64,000 bases of DNA, from assembly GCF_006345805.1 (NCBI RefSeq), contig NC_043020.1, forward strand, positions 6,882,001 through 6,946,000, in the 5' to 3' direction. This document shows, one piece after another, positions 13,210 to 27,259 of the stretch; the stretch's first letter is position 1, and every line of letters begins with the position of its first letter. The notes below the pieces were generated by a model that had not been told where the DNA came from, did no database searches, and saw nothing but the letters and a program-made list of their open reading frames with translations. The stretch is from Octopus sinensis. Its lineage: Eukaryota. Both the position numbers and the translations under genes were made by a program.

Positions 13210-13620
13210 AGCGACACACAGACAGACAAATACACACAGAAAGAGAGGGGGGTAGAGAGAGAGAGAGAGAGACAGATGAAGAGGGAAACAGAAAAAGGGA
13301 GAGGGTGAGACAGATAGACATGAAGAGAAGGGGAGAGACAGACAGACAGATATAGAGATTGGGGAGAGACAGATACACAGACAGGCAGAGAGGGGGAGAG
13401 AGAAAAGAGACGGGGTGAGAAGGAATCAAAAGGGGGAGAGAGAAAGATAAAGAGGGAAACACAGAGAGAGAGGAGGAGAGAGACTGATGGAGAAATAGAT
13501 ATACAGAGAGGGAAATAGAGAGTATGAGAGTGCGAGCCAGAGAGGGAGAGAGAAAGAGAGAGAGAGACAGAGGGAAATACGAAAGAGAGAAAGACAGAGA
13601 GTTATGTGTGTAAATACGAA
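13210..13620 (+). repeat. Polypurine (GA-rich) low-complexity tract
   Basis: Plus strand is almost all A/G with interspersed gaca units; a second, longer tract is at ~20200-20945. Confidence 0.9.
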
Positions 13621-14069
13621 AAATACTTGCTGTAAGGGTTCAAGTGAAACCTTAAGCAAGACTTTTAACTCTTCTTCAGTTGCAGAATGAAAAAAAAAAC
13701 AAAATATATATATAAAGATTGTAAAAATTAAAATTACGAAAAATGAGGATTTGATGCCAAATAAAGATACTATTATATATAAATATATATACGTTTATAT
13801 ACACAAGCATATACACACACATGCATATGTATGTATGTATGTGTGTGTGTGTGCGTATGACCGTGTGTGAGAGAGACGAAATGAGAGAATGAGTATGTAT
13901 ATGTATGTGTGTATATATGTGTGTGTATATAAATATATTTGCATACAGACATCTATATCTGTACAAAAAAATTAATATCAATCTGTATGTATATTTATAA
14001 TGTATGTATAATTATATATACACACGTATCTATATCTGTAAAAATGAAATACTACAATATCCGTGCGCA

Positions 14070-14668
14070 TTTTTTTATAATGTATAAAATATATATATAT
14101 ACATATCTATATCTGTAAGAAAATCTGTATATAACAATGTATCTAAATACATACATACATTCATACATACATACACACACAAACATATATATGTGTACAT
14201 GTGTGTGTCAGTGTGTATGTGCATATATATATATATAATTATATATATATATAGACACACACACATATACATATATATAAATATATATGTATGTGTGTAT
14301 ATATTCTAATATATATATATGTGTGCATGCACATACTAAAAATATATATATATACACATCTATCTATATATATATACAAATATATATACATGTTTATGTA
14401 TATTTGCATACATACAAAACATTCATATGCATGTGTACACACACACACACACATATATATACATACATATATATATACATACATATATAATATATATATA
14501 CATACATATATATATAATACATAAGATATATATACATACATATATATATACATACATATATATATACATACATTATATATATATACATACATATATACAT
14601 ACATATATATATATATCTACATAATATATATATATATACATACATATATATATATATATACATACATA

Positions 14669-14702
<34 letters not shown>

Positions 14703-15360
14703 CATACATATATATATACATACATATATATATATACATACATATATATAACATACATATATATATATATACACATAATATATACATATATATATATATA
14801 CCATCATACATATATATTATATACCTATATATATATATAATACATATATATATACATATAACATATATAGACATAATATATAGATAAAACATATATATAT
14901 ACATACATACATATATACATACATATATATATACATACAATATATTATACATAAATATATATACATATATATATACATATATTATATATATACATATATA
15001 CATATATACATACATATATATATATACATACATATATATATATAATATATATATACATATTATCATACATATATATATCTATATATTACATATATACATA
15101 CATATATATAACATATATAGATACATTTATATATATATATATATACATATATATATCATATATATATACATATATATATACATATATATATATAATATAT
15201 ATAACATATATATAAATATTATATACATATATATATATATATACATATATACATATATATATACATATATATATATATACATACATACTATATACACACA
15301 CACACATACATAACATATATATATATATGTATGTAAGTATGTATGCATGCATGTATAATT
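14070..15360. repeat. ~1.3-kb (TA)n/(TACA)n microsatellite array
   Basis: Direct inspection. Confidence 0.95.
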
Positions 15361-15704
15361 ATACACCCACTACTGGTAATGCCCAGTATTTTTGCCATAA
15401 AGGAAATCCTCCTAAATTCTTCCTTTAATCATGTTTGTTTGTTTGTTTGTTTTGTTTCTTTGTTAATCTTTGATAATTTTTTTTTATTTGTTATTATTAC
15501 TGGCTTAAATTGATTGAAAGTTTGTTTTCTTTTTCTTTTTCTTTCTTATTTTTTTTTTTTACTGTTCACAGTTTTGCTGTTTTTATAACAATATGTTAAA
15601 ATAAAATGAAAAAAAACAAAACAACAACAACATTATATCGTTTTGAAAATGAGATTAAATAAAAATTTTTAAAATTGCAAAAAAAAAGAAGTTGTCTTTT
15701 CTGT

Positions 15705-15919
15705 TTCATGTACTCTTTTTACTCTTTTACTTGTTTCAGTCATTTGACTGTGGCCATGCTGGCCCAAATTGACCCCAGGACTTATTCTTTGGAAGTCTAG
15801 TACTTATTCTATCGGTCTCTTTTGCCAAACCGCTAAGTTACGGGGTCGCAAACACACCAGCATCGGTTGTCAAGCGATGTTGGGGGAACAAACACAGGCA
15901 CACAAACATATACGCACAC

Positions 15920-15958
<39 letters not shown>

Positions 15959-16152
15959 GTGAAGGGAAGAAATGGAGCCGAACGAAGATTCTACAAAATT
16001 CCTTCACTAAATATATAAAACTTCAATTATCCGCACTAAACCCCATGGTCGTAACCTCAACCATGTCTTTTCTGGTGTGATTTTTGCTACACAGGTATCG
16101 GTTAAATTTTGAATAATCCGTAACAAGATAATTCATTTATCCATTTCATTAA

Positions 16153-16185
<33 letters not shown>

Positions 16186-16572
16186 TATAAAGTTAATCCA
16201 AACATGAAAACACAAAGAGAAAACAACAATGCGAGGACGTGGAACAAATATAGTATTATTGGACGCTCAGGAAGGAAGGGAAGAAGGAGGGTTTAATGTT
16301 TCGAATGGAGCTCTCTGTCGGAAACATAGGAGAAGGAAAGATCCAGAGAAGGGAAGACGGAGGAAAGAAAGTCGCCAACGGTACACAAGCGGTCACATAT
16401 ACATATATACGATGGGCTTCTTTCAGTTTCCGTCTACCAAATCCACTCACAAGGTTTTGGTCAGCCCGAGGCTATAGTAGAAGACACTTGCCCAAGGTGC
16501 CACGCAGTGGGACTGAACCCAGAACCATGTGGTTGGTAAGCAAGCTACTTACCACACAGCCACTCCTACGCC
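15705..16572 (-). mobile_element. CORE-like SINE family B split by a ~450-bp insertion in its internal microsatellite
   Basis: 3' half at 15705-15930, 5' half at 16396-16572 (cttgggcaagtgtcttctactatagcctcgggc on minus). Other family B copies at ~35480-35872(-), 38615-38940(-), 41335-41750, 41772-42170, 43335-43750(-), 43790-44190(-), 55405-55845, 56186-56472, 56575-57030(-). Confidence 0.85.
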
Positions 16573-17088
16573 TATGTTTTTCATATCCTCAGAGGTTGTA
16601 TAACTCTCGTTAGTATTTTTAGTATTCATACAGGGCAAACGACTCATCAGTTGGGCATTGTCATATCAGCTACCACACCGACTCTTACTGTTGTAGTATG
16701 AGTACATATGTGTGAAGACACACACACACACACACACACATATGTACACATGGAGGTGCTATAGCCCAGTGGTTAGGGCAGCGGACTCACGGTCGGAAGA
16801 TCGCGGTTTCGATTCCCAGACCAGGCGTTGTGTGTGTTTATTGAGCGAAAACACCTAAAAGCTCCATGAGGCTTCGGAAGGGGGTGATGGCGACCCCTGT
16901 TGTACTCTTTTGCCCCAACTTTCTCTCACTCCTCCTTCCTGTTTCTTGAGTAACGCTGCGATGGACTGGCGTCCCGTCCAGCTGGGGGAAACACATACGC
17001 CACAGAAACTGGGAAACCAGGCCCATGAGCCTGGCTAGGCTTGAAAAGGGCAACATTTATCGTTTATATATGTGCACACACACACATA

Positions 17089-18320
17089 TCAGGCCATCCC
17101 ATAAGTTATATCCGATTTTACCTTTTTAGAATTGAATGAAATTTAATAGTATTTCAGAATGTCTAATGGAATTAAAAATTATTTTTATGCATTTGTATAC
17201 ATTGAAACTAACTAAATATTATTTTACAGAATAATAGAAATAAAATTTCTTTGATTAAAACCCTTTCTAACATGGAAGTATCTAAAGAGCATTTGAGGCA
17301 CATAATGCTTCATGAGTACAAAAAAGGAAACTCTGCAGTCGAAGCAACTCGAAACATACACTCAGTTTATTGGAAAGAATGCTTGAATGAAAGAACTTGC
17401 AGAAGATGGTTTGCAAAATTCAGAAGTGAAGATTTCAACCTTGAAGATGAAGATCGAACAGGACATCCAGTTGAGTTTGATGATAAGCTCCTTGAGGCAT
17501 TACTTGAAGACAATCCTGCATTATCAGTTGAAGAATTGGCAATAAAGCTTAGTTCAAACCATACAACTGTTCATCATCATCTTCAACAACTTGGAAAGAT
17601 TCCTAAACTTGGAAAATGGGTGCCTTATAAATTGTCTGTGAACTCATTTCACCCTTTTTGGATAGACTTGTGACTGGTGATGAAAAATGGATCTTCTATC
17701 AAAATGTTAAACATCGTAAACAGTGGCTTGGTAAAAGTGAAAAATCTCAACCACAACCAAGAAGGGAACTTCATGGTAAAAAGTTTCTTCTCTCTATCTG
17801 GTAGGATTGCAAAGAAGTAATTCACTTTGAATTGTTACCACCTAATGCAACAATCAATGTTCAAGTCTACTGTCAGCTATTAGAGTGTTTAAACCAAGCT
17901 TTGAAGGAAAAAAGACTCACTTTAGTGAATCGAATTGGAGTGATGTTTCATCAGGACAATGTGTGACCCCATACTGCAAAGATCACATCACAGAAGATCG
18001 AAGAGCTTGGTTGTGAAAAAATTCCACATTCACCTTATTCTCTCAACCGTGCTCCTTCAGACGACCATCTGTTTCGTAGTTTACAGAATCATTTGGGGGG
18101 AGGACATAACTTTCGCAAGCCAGGAGGAGGTCGAAACTGATATTTCAGAGTTCTTCACTTTGAAACCAAAAGAGTTTTACATTGATGGGATTAAAAAGCT
18201 TGTAAATAGACGAAAGGAAGTCATAGATAATCAGGGAAATTACATTGATGATTAAATTTCAATTAAATATAACTTGTTTTCTTTATTCAAAATTCAGACA
18301 GAATTTATGGGATGACCTGA
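17089..18320 (+). mobile_element. Near full-length mariner (DD34D) DNA transposon, defective
   Basis: ~30-bp TIRs tcaggccatcccataagttatatccgatt / aattcagacagaatttatgggatgacctga; TA on the left flank (AA on the right); ~1.23 kb. Confidence 0.95.
17272..18255 (+). pseudogene. Mariner transposase pseudogene
   Basis: MEVSKEHLRH..HTH..LGKWVPYKL, then TGDEKW, HQDN, PYSLNRAPSDDHLF and C-terminal FYIDGIKKLVNRRKEVIDNQGNYIDD*; broken by an internal deletion, stops and frameshifts. Confidence 0.95.
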
Positions 18321-19075
18321 AACATATGAGTGAGTGAGAGAGAGAAAGACAGAGAGAATCAGATACAAATAATGACAACACATAGTAGACAGAACAAATA
18401 AAACAGTTTCCTTCATCAGCTGACAATGCAAGGAATTTTTGCAGTTTTGATACACAACAGTACTACATACTCTGGTCGCATCAATGACCATAGATACATT
18501 TGTCAGAACCTGATACCACTGAAATGTGACTTAGAAGATAATTATATAATTATAATTGTAACAACAGGGACAGAATCAAAGCATAAAGAAAAAACACAAA
18601 AAGGTTTTATGTTAAGATGTTTTACTTCTAGCCATACAGTTTGGGGTTCAATCCCAATGAACAGCACTTTGGACAAGTGTCTTCTACTACAGCACTAAGC
18701 CTTGTGTGTGGATTTGGTAAATGGAAACTGAAAGAAGCCCATTGTAAGTATACATATGTATATGTATGTAATAGAAGACACCTGCCCAAGGCGCCATACA
18801 TTGTGACTGAACCTAAAACCGTGTGGTTGCAAAGCAACCTTCTTAACCACACAGCCATTCTTATATTTTATTTCATTTTTTTTTTGTTCTTAATTGGGGT
18901 CCATATGGCCCTTAACTCTTTAGCATTCAGATTACTTTATCAAATCCAGTGCTTGATTATCCACATTGTTTTGAATTAATCATGGATTATCTCATAGCCT
19001 TGAGATTTCACTAAAGTCCATCATAGATATTAGATAATAAAACAAATGGTATATATATATATATATATATATATA

Positions 19076-19364
19076 CTGTTGTGTCTGGGGAGAGTCATTC
19101 TCTTTTAGTGGCTTATTATTTAACACACTCACCGGTAAAATTTCCACTTATTTCTTATTTTCATTTTCTAAAATTTTCGTTGCGTCTTGCAACCTTTTCA
19201 ATAGTCTTCTAAAGACTATTGAAAAGAAATAAGTGGAAATTTTACCGGTGAGTGTGTTAAATGATAAGGCACTTAAAGAGAATGACTCTCCCCAGACACA
19301 ACAGAATATGCTTCAACACATGTACTCACATAAAGAATCTTGCAAACCAAATGCAAAAACGAAA
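19076..19364. mobile_element. Long palindromic (foldback) element, copy 2
   Basis: ~80-bp arms ctgttgtgtctggggagagtcattctc.../...gagaatgactctccccagacacaacag are nearly perfectly complementary; inner hairpin ttttcaatagtctt/aagactattgaaaa; 60-bp tail shared with 8684-8743. Confidence 0.85.
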
Positions 19365-20854
19365 TATATATATATGTATATATGTATCTATGTTTGTGTG
19401 TGTGTGTGCGTGCATGTGTGTCTTTGTGTCTGTGTTTGACTCCCACCCCCACCCCATCACCGCTTGACGACCAGTGTTGATGTGTTTGCATCCCCATAAC
19501 TTAGCAGTTCAGCAAAAGTGACCAATAGAATAAGTATGAGGTTTGAAAAAAAAAACATCCTGGGTGTCGAGTCATTCGACTAAAATCTCTTCAAAGTGGT
19601 GCTCCAGCAGGGCCACAGTCGAGTTTATTGAAACAAATGAAAGAATGAAAGTGGTTTAGTTTCTGAATGACATTGTAGGGTAAGTGTGACAGGTCTGATA
19701 TGGCTGCTTTGAGCATAAAACAGATGAAGTATCAAGGCCAAATATAGATGGTTTACATGCTAAATAGACAAGGTTCCACATAAAATTTTTTATTGTTAAA
19801 ATTTATGTGCAGTAACACAAAATATTTTAGGGATTTTTTTTATAGAATTCTAAATAATATTAGAGTGGTTGGCAGCAGGAAGAGCATCCAGCTGTAGAAA
19901 TAATGCCAAATCAAATTGGAACCTGGTGCAGCTTCTCAGCTTACCAGTTTTCAGTCAAACCATTTGACCCATGGCAGCATGGAAAACGGATGTTAAATGA
20001 TAATGATTATGATAAATATATAATGGAATTTTTTTAAGGATCAAATGGTTATAAGGGTCCAGTAGAGTAAAGTAGGAATGAAAGGGGTCCATAGGGGGGG
20101 AAAAGGGGCTGAGAAGCCCTGATTTAAAGCTATAATACATCCAAGGAACCTTCACACCTATTTCTATAAGTTAATTCCATGTCAATTCTATACCCATATA
20201 TGGTGAAGTATTTGAGAAGAAGAATAAAATATATAAAAAAAGAAAATAAAAGAAAAAAAAGAAAAAGAAGAGGGGGAGAACTAGCGAACCAAGAAGAAGA
20301 AGAAGAAGAAGAAATGAAAGAAAGTGCTAAAGGAAAAAAGATGAAATATTGAAAGACATAGGAATGGGATTCTGGAACTGGGGGTGGGGTGGGGGCATGA
20401 AAGGGGAGGGATGAGTGTGAGAGGTGGAGGAGATTGGAGAGAGAGGAGTGGAAGGGGAGGAAGAGAGAGAGAGAGGATAGTGATAAGGAGGGAGAGAGAG
20501 ACATGGAGAGGGAAGGAGGCTGGGTGAAAGAGTGAGGGAAGAAGAGAGATAAAAGGAGAGACAGACAGACAGAGGGAGAGAAAGGAAGAACGGAGAGAGG
20601 GGAAGCAAAAGAGAGGAAGAGAGAGACAGAGATGAGAGGGTAGGAGAGATGAGAGAGAGAGACAGGAGAGGGAGAGAGACATGAGAGATGAGAGGGAGGG
20701 AGAAACGAGAGAGAGAGGAGAGAAAGAGAGAGAGGGAAAAGATGGGATTGAAAGACAAGAGCGAGAGGAGAGAGAGAAATAAGAGGGAGAGAGCAAAGGG
20801 AGAAAAAGAGACAAAGAGAGAGAAGAAAAGAAAGAAAGAAAGAGAGGGAGAAGC

Positions 20855-20892
<38 letters not shown>

Positions 20893-21294
20893 TATACAGA
20901 GAGAGAGAAAGAAGGTAGGGAGAGAGAGAGAGAGAGAGAGAGGGATAGATTTGTCTAAAAGACTGTCTTCGTTTGTCTTCTCGTTAACGTGTCAATTGTT
21001 AATGAATGATTTGGTTTCTATGGTGCTTTTAGAATTAACAAGCAACGAGAGATATTTAGCTACAAAGAAACTGCAATATAAACACAGAGACGATGACGAC
21101 GATGACGGCGTCGACGATGACGATGACGACGATGACGATGACATTCGTTTGGGCTGTTTTTGGTTTTTGGTTTACGGCTAGTGTTTTTGTTGTTGGTTTT
21201 ATTTTTTTATTTTTTGCATATCGGAACTGCACACATGCTGAGTTGTATGCGTGCATAGATGCAGGTATGTATCCACATATGTATGTTCACATAC

Positions 21295-21341
<47 letters not shown>

Positions 21342-21613
21342 TAAATACACATGCATACATGTTTACACACACACACACACACACACATATATGAGCATTC
21401 ATGTATACACATATATATAAATATAAACATCATACACACACACCTATATATATATATAATATATATATATACATATATATATATCTAGATATATATATAT
21501 ATATATATATAGAGACAGATAGCTGGATAATTAGATAGGTGGATATATATATAGAGAGAGAGAGGAGGTGGGGAGTGAGAAATGGATCTGGTAAAACAAA
21601 CGGAAGATACATT

Positions 21614-21656
<43 letters not shown>

Positions 21657-21678
21657 CCACAATATACAAGATGTGTAC

Positions 21679-21712
<34 letters not shown>

Positions 21713-21730
21713 CTATATATATATATATAG

Positions 21731-21763
<33 letters not shown>

Positions 21764-21989
21764 TCTGGTAAAACAGTAGAGATACATATACACACACACC
21801 ACATATATACAGGTATATATGTTGTGTGTGTGTGTGTGTGTGTGTATGTATATGTTTTGTATGTATATATGTGTGTATATATATTATATATATATATATA
21901 TATAGATATATATATATATATAATTTTGTTTACTTGTTTCAGTCCTTTATAAAACCAAGAGGCTGGGAATGGCATTGGACATTTTCAGG

Positions 21990-22975
21990 TTCTTTTACTG
22001 ATGCATGAGATCAAAAGGAAGACAGACAGACAGACGGAGGCTGGCATTGGTTTTGCAGTTCAATTCGAAATCCTCAAGAAGCTGAAAGAGCTCCCCTGTC
22101 ACTACAAATGGCCTTTTGAGGCTGAAGTTCAAATACTACTGTCTTCGAAGCGCAATGCCCACAGTGTATTATTGTTCAGAGGCCAATCAGTTGTGCAGCA
22201 GAATCTAGCACTTACCAGGGGCGAGCTGGCAGAAACGTTAGCACGCCGGGTGAAATGCTTAGCGGTATTTCATCTGCCGTTACGTTCTGAGTTCAAATTC
22301 TGCCGAGGTCAACTTTGCCTTTCATCCTTTCAGGGTCGATAAATTAAGTACCAGTTACGCGCTGGGGTCGATGTAATCGACTTAATCCCTTTGTCTGTCC
22401 TTGTTTGTCCACTCTATGTTCAGCCCCTTGTGGGTAGTAAAGAAATAGGTATTTCAACTGTCTCTACGTTCTGAGTGCAAATTCCACCGAGGTAGACTTT
22501 GCCTTTCATCCTTTCGGAGTCGATAAATTAAGTACTAGTAGCTAACTGGGGTCGATATAATCAACTTAATCCATTTGTCTGTCCTTGTTTGTCCCCTCTG
22601 TGTGTAGCCCCTTGTGGGTAGTAAAGAAATAAGAATCTAGCACTTACCCATCATAAGAATACAAAACCCCATTGCTACGATCACTCAGGAAGATGCAGAA
22701 CAACTGATGGAAAGGTCTAACTTGTGATATTCAAGATGCTACTGACGCAAATGACAGCAAGAAGCTCGACCAGTTTATGAAGCAAGTTCATGGGCCTAAG
22801 AGTTCTGCATTGGCTCCTTTGCTTTCCAAGGAGGATTCTACCCAACTTCTTAAACCAACAGAAATCATGTCGCTGGGTCAAACATTTTTCTGAACTTCTA
22901 AACTGTGGGTCAGTTGTAAATGATGCAGTGATTGACACTGTTCAACAAAAACCTGTCATCGGCTCCTTGAACAAG
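21990..22975 (+). mobile_element. Decayed RTE-clade LINE (endonuclease and linker fragments) interrupted by a SINE
   Basis: EAGIGFAVQFEILKKLKELP (RTE APE motif) and MKQVHGPKSSALAPLL..EIMSRWVKHFSELLNCGSVVNDAVIDTVQQ (RTE linker RWxEHFxxLLN). Confidence 0.8.
22217..22631 (+). mobile_element. Family A SINE (dimeric body) with 17-bp target-site duplication
   Basis: TSD agaatctagcacttacc at 22200-22216 and 22632-22648. Confidence 0.95.
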
Positions 22976-23879
22976 GTAGTAATGGCATTACGGGCTCTTG
23001 AGTCTTGTGCCTGGTTCCACCATGGCATCACAAGGTGAAGAAAAGTTGTTGTGTAAAGTGTATGCGTGTATTCCTTTATTCTTGAGAGACATGGATCCCT
23101 TACAGACATCGGTAGGGGTCCTTCAATGCTTCCACTAGGGATGTCAGAGATATATTCTGAATGCCAAAATTTTCTGCCAAATGTCCGTATATCATCATCA
23201 TAATTTTTAAAGTCCACTTTCCATGCTGGCATGTGTTGGATGGTTTGACTGAGGACTGGTGAGCCAGAGGCTGCACCAGGCTCAATCTGATCTGGAAAAG
23301 TTTTTACAGCTGGATGCCCTTCCTAACACAAACCACTCCGAGAGTGTAATATTTTGTCACCACCTTTCAAACCCAAATATATCTTGACAAAGTGGTGTCA
23401 ATTCACCTAGCTGGATTTCAGAAACTGTGTATATGTTGGTCCTATCAGACTTTGAATAAGTTGGCCCTTCAACAAACATGATATTTAATTACTGGTACAT
23501 TGGCACAATAGAAGATGGAACTTGTTAGGCATTTACTAATTAAGGGCATTTGTTAATGAGGCAGGATTTATGCCACTGCATGAAGGGACAATACATGGGT
23601 TATCATATTGATTGAGATTTTTTGGTAACTGTTCAACTAAGACTTGGCAATGTTATATACACTGGAACAACTAAATAATAATTAAATTTGTAATTACCAG
23701 GGAACTGTGTGTGTCTATGTGTTTTAGATGTTGCTGTTGCTTTCAGCAATTTGAGTTATCACATGGAAAATACTTCGTTTTCTTACATTAATTTAAATAA
23801 GGGAGACAAATAAATGTGTATACACAAGCAAGAAGTATCTATGGTGATGAGAGGGGTTTAAAGAAAAGGGCCTCTCAAG

Positions 23880-24275
23880 TTATGATGATCATGATGATGC
23901 TGATGATGATGATCATCATCATCATCAGCATAATTAACATCCCAATCATCGTCATCATCACATCTGTTGCTATCACCATCAACAACAACATCCTAACCAA
24001 CACCATCACCATTATTACCACTATCGTTGTCGTCATCATTACTCCCGTCATCATTATCAATGGCTTCAATACCAGTGCTGCCCACACCACTGTCATCACC
24101 ACCACTGTCGACATCACCATCAACAGAAAATATAAACATACCATCACCATCAGCACCACCATTACTATCACCATCATCATTACCCTCACCACTATCACAA
24201 ACCACCAGTCACTAACTCCACCACCAACACCACTGCCATCACCTCCACCACCACAACGAACGCCAACACTCTATA
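23880..24275. repeat. (CAT/CAC)n cryptic triplet repeat
   Basis: Direct inspection. Confidence 0.9.
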
Positions 24276-24391
24276 GTACAATGGAACATTAAACACAAAC
24301 CTGTTAATTTCCTGTCTGTAGAATCAGCAGGAAATTACAGAGGAGTTGCAACTGTGAGGGTGGAACATCTTCAAATATATGTACATATATA

Positions 24392-24433
<42 letters not shown>

Positions 24434-24571
24434 ACATATATGCCTACGCACACACATTTATATGTATATATATATATATATCTAATATAGGATAAAATTT
24501 TTTGGAAAATTTTATCAGTGGCTAGCATATTTTGAAAATACCTTTTAAGGTGAAAATTATAAACAACTTAA

Positions 24572-24940
24572 GAATAAGGGCAAAAGAAAAAATTCTTATG
24601 CCAAATATGCCGAGAAATAGGCTTTAAATCGTCAATAACCACAATTCATCACTAAAAGTACTCGTCTTGAAGCATGCTGACAGAAATTTCTAAAAAATTC
24701 CATTATCATCGGATCGACCCAATTCTAAGTTAATTCATAAAGAATTCTCTCGTCATCAGCAGTAAATATGTTAAGAAATAAATGAAATACTTGACTGCAC
24801 ACACGGAACAAGCATATGTAAAATCATGGGTACACTTAAGTACTCCAAATATATCCCAAATAGAAATTTTACAGTTTGTGGTTATATGATGATTTAAAGT
24901 CTATTTCTCGACATAAGAACTTTTTCTGTTACCCTTATTT
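24572..24940. mobile_element. MITE with ~60-bp imperfect TIRs
   Basis: aataagggcaaaagaaaaaattcttatgcc...gagaaataggctttaaatcgtc versus gatgatttaaagtctatttctcgacataagaactttttctgttacccttattt; superfamily not assigned. Confidence 0.7.
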
Positions 24941-25416
24941 ATAAGTCACACATATATATATATATATAAAATGAGTGTGTGAGAGAGTGTGATTGTACCT
25001 GATCATCATAATTCAACATCCACTTTTCCTGGCTTGATAAGATCAGACAGAATTTGTTGAAGCCGATTTTCTACAGCTGGATGCCCTTCCTGTTGCCAAC
25101 CTTCACCTCTGACCAGAATCAACTAATATTTCCTGATGACCAAACATGCTTTCCACAGAAGACTGGAAACGACCAACCTGCATCTATGATGGTGATACTC
25201 ATCTCCAAGCATCACAAGGACATGCACATGTGTACACACCCACATGTGTGAGGGCACCTGGCCTAGAGGTTAGGGAGTTGCACCCATGATTTGCATGGTC
25301 ATGGTTTCAATTCTTAGACTGGGTGGTGTGTTGTGCTCTTGAGCAAAACACTCCATCTCACATTGTTCTGCAACCACTTCAACACCTGATGTATGGTACA
25401 CTGTGTACCTGTGTAC

Positions 25417-25649
25417 AAGGCGGCAAGCTGGCAGAAACGTTAGCACGCCGGGTGAAATGTGTAGCCGTATTTCGTCTGTCGTTACGTTGTGAGTTCAAAT
25501 TCCGCTGAGGTCGACTTTGCCTTTCATCCTTTCGGGGTCGATAAATTAAGTACCAGTTACACACTGGGGTAGATGTAATCAACTTAATACCTATGTCTGT
25601 CCTTGTTTGTCCCCTCTATGTTTAGCCCCTTGTGGGTAATAAAGAAATA
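25417..25649 (+). mobile_element. Family A SINE nested in a family C SINE, 18-bp TSD
   Basis: TSD ggtacactgtgtacctgt at 25395-25412 and 25650-25667. Confidence 0.85.
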
Positions 25650-27199
25650 GGTACACTGTGTACCTGTCCAGGTAATGCCAATTTGACGAAGGAAGTGAGC
25701 ATATGTAGGACAGAGACGTTTGACCATTATAAATGAATTGGTTGTACATGTTGTCAGCATGATATGGCAGAACTGTCCTTCTTGAACTACAAAAGACTAC
25801 CATCTTACACACATATATAGACACGCATGCACACACGTGGCTTAGTGGTTAGGGGTGTTGGACTCATGATTGTAAAATAGTTGGTTTCAATTCCTGGACA
25901 GGGCAATGCATTGTGTTCTTGAGCAAGACACTTCACTTCATGCTGCTCCGGTCCACTCAGCTCGTGAAAAGTGAATAATCCCGTGACGGACTGGTGTCTT
26001 GTCCAGGGAGAGATTCATATAAACCAGGACACTGTCCTTAGGCTTCTCTCAGAGTAATGTGGACTGACCAAGAGAGAGAGATTCATGTGTGTGTGTGTGT
26101 GAGTGTATGGGTGTGTGTGTGCGTATGTGTATGTGTGTATATGAGTGTGTATATGTGAATGTGTGTGTATGTATGTGTGTGTATGTGTGCATATGTATGT
26201 GTGTGTGTATATGTGTGTGTATGTATGTGTGTGTGTATGTGTGTTGTATGTGTATATTTATGCGTGTATGTATGTGTGTGTATGTGTGCATGTGTATGTG
26301 TGTGTATGTATGTGTGTGTGTATATGTGTGTATGTGTGTGTATGTGTATGTATGTGTATGTATGTGTATGTGTGTATGTGTGAGTGTGCAAATGTGGAGG
26401 CATGTTGTTTATATTCCCCCTCCCCTCTCAAAGGATCTTTACATTGGAACTTACTTGGTCACCCTGTCAGTGCTGGCGCCACTTACAAAGCATCCAGTCC
26501 ACATTATGAAGTGGTTGTCATATGGAAGGGCATCCAGCTGTAAAAACCATACCAAAACTGACCTCACCTGTGCCATATCAGGACAATTACCCAACCCCCA
26601 TAAGACAATTCCCCCAATGACTACTGCCACCCCCCCTCAATTAATTATTCCCTCTCTAATATGTTACAAAGTTTTAAATCGTCATCTGTTGTCCTCGGGG
26701 GGTAATTGTCCTGGTGGGGTGTTTAGTCCATGGGGAGGGGGGTAAATATCCTAGACTCCACCTGTGCAGGTACTACATACAAAACAGTTCGTTTTGTAGG
26801 TTGGTCATGTTAGGAAAGGCATCCAGCTGTAAGAACCATGCCAAAACAGACACAGTTCCTGGGATGGCCTTCTACCTGGCCAGCTCCTGTCAAACCATCT
26901 AAACCATGCCAGCATAGAAAATGGACATTAAACATGGTGTATGGCTTAGTGGTTAGGGTACTCGGCTCATAATCATAAGGTCATGCTTTGCAGTATTTCT
27001 TCTGGTTCTTTATGTTCTGAGTTCAAACCCTATCAAAGTCAACTTTGCCTTTCATTCTCCCAGGGGCAATAAAACAATATACCAGTCAAGTACTGGGATC
27101 AATGGCATCAACTAACCCCCAATCCCCCAAAATTGCTGGCCTTGTGCCTAAATCAGAGGCAAGCCGTTTACATTCTGAGTTCAAATCCCAGACATCAGG

Positions 27200-27259
<60 letters not shown>

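Noticed and set aside
16752-16830. tRNA gene (also tRNA-like heads at ~5070, 25250, 25836, 27390, 31805, 58110)
   Set aside because: A/B-box-like heads continue directly into SINE bodies and lack a complete cloverleaf acceptor stem.
16855-16905. HDV-like ribozyme in a family C SINE (gctccacgaggc...ggggtggtggcgacccc)
   Set aside because: A consistent P1/P2 double pseudoknot and J4/2 catalytic C could not be built.
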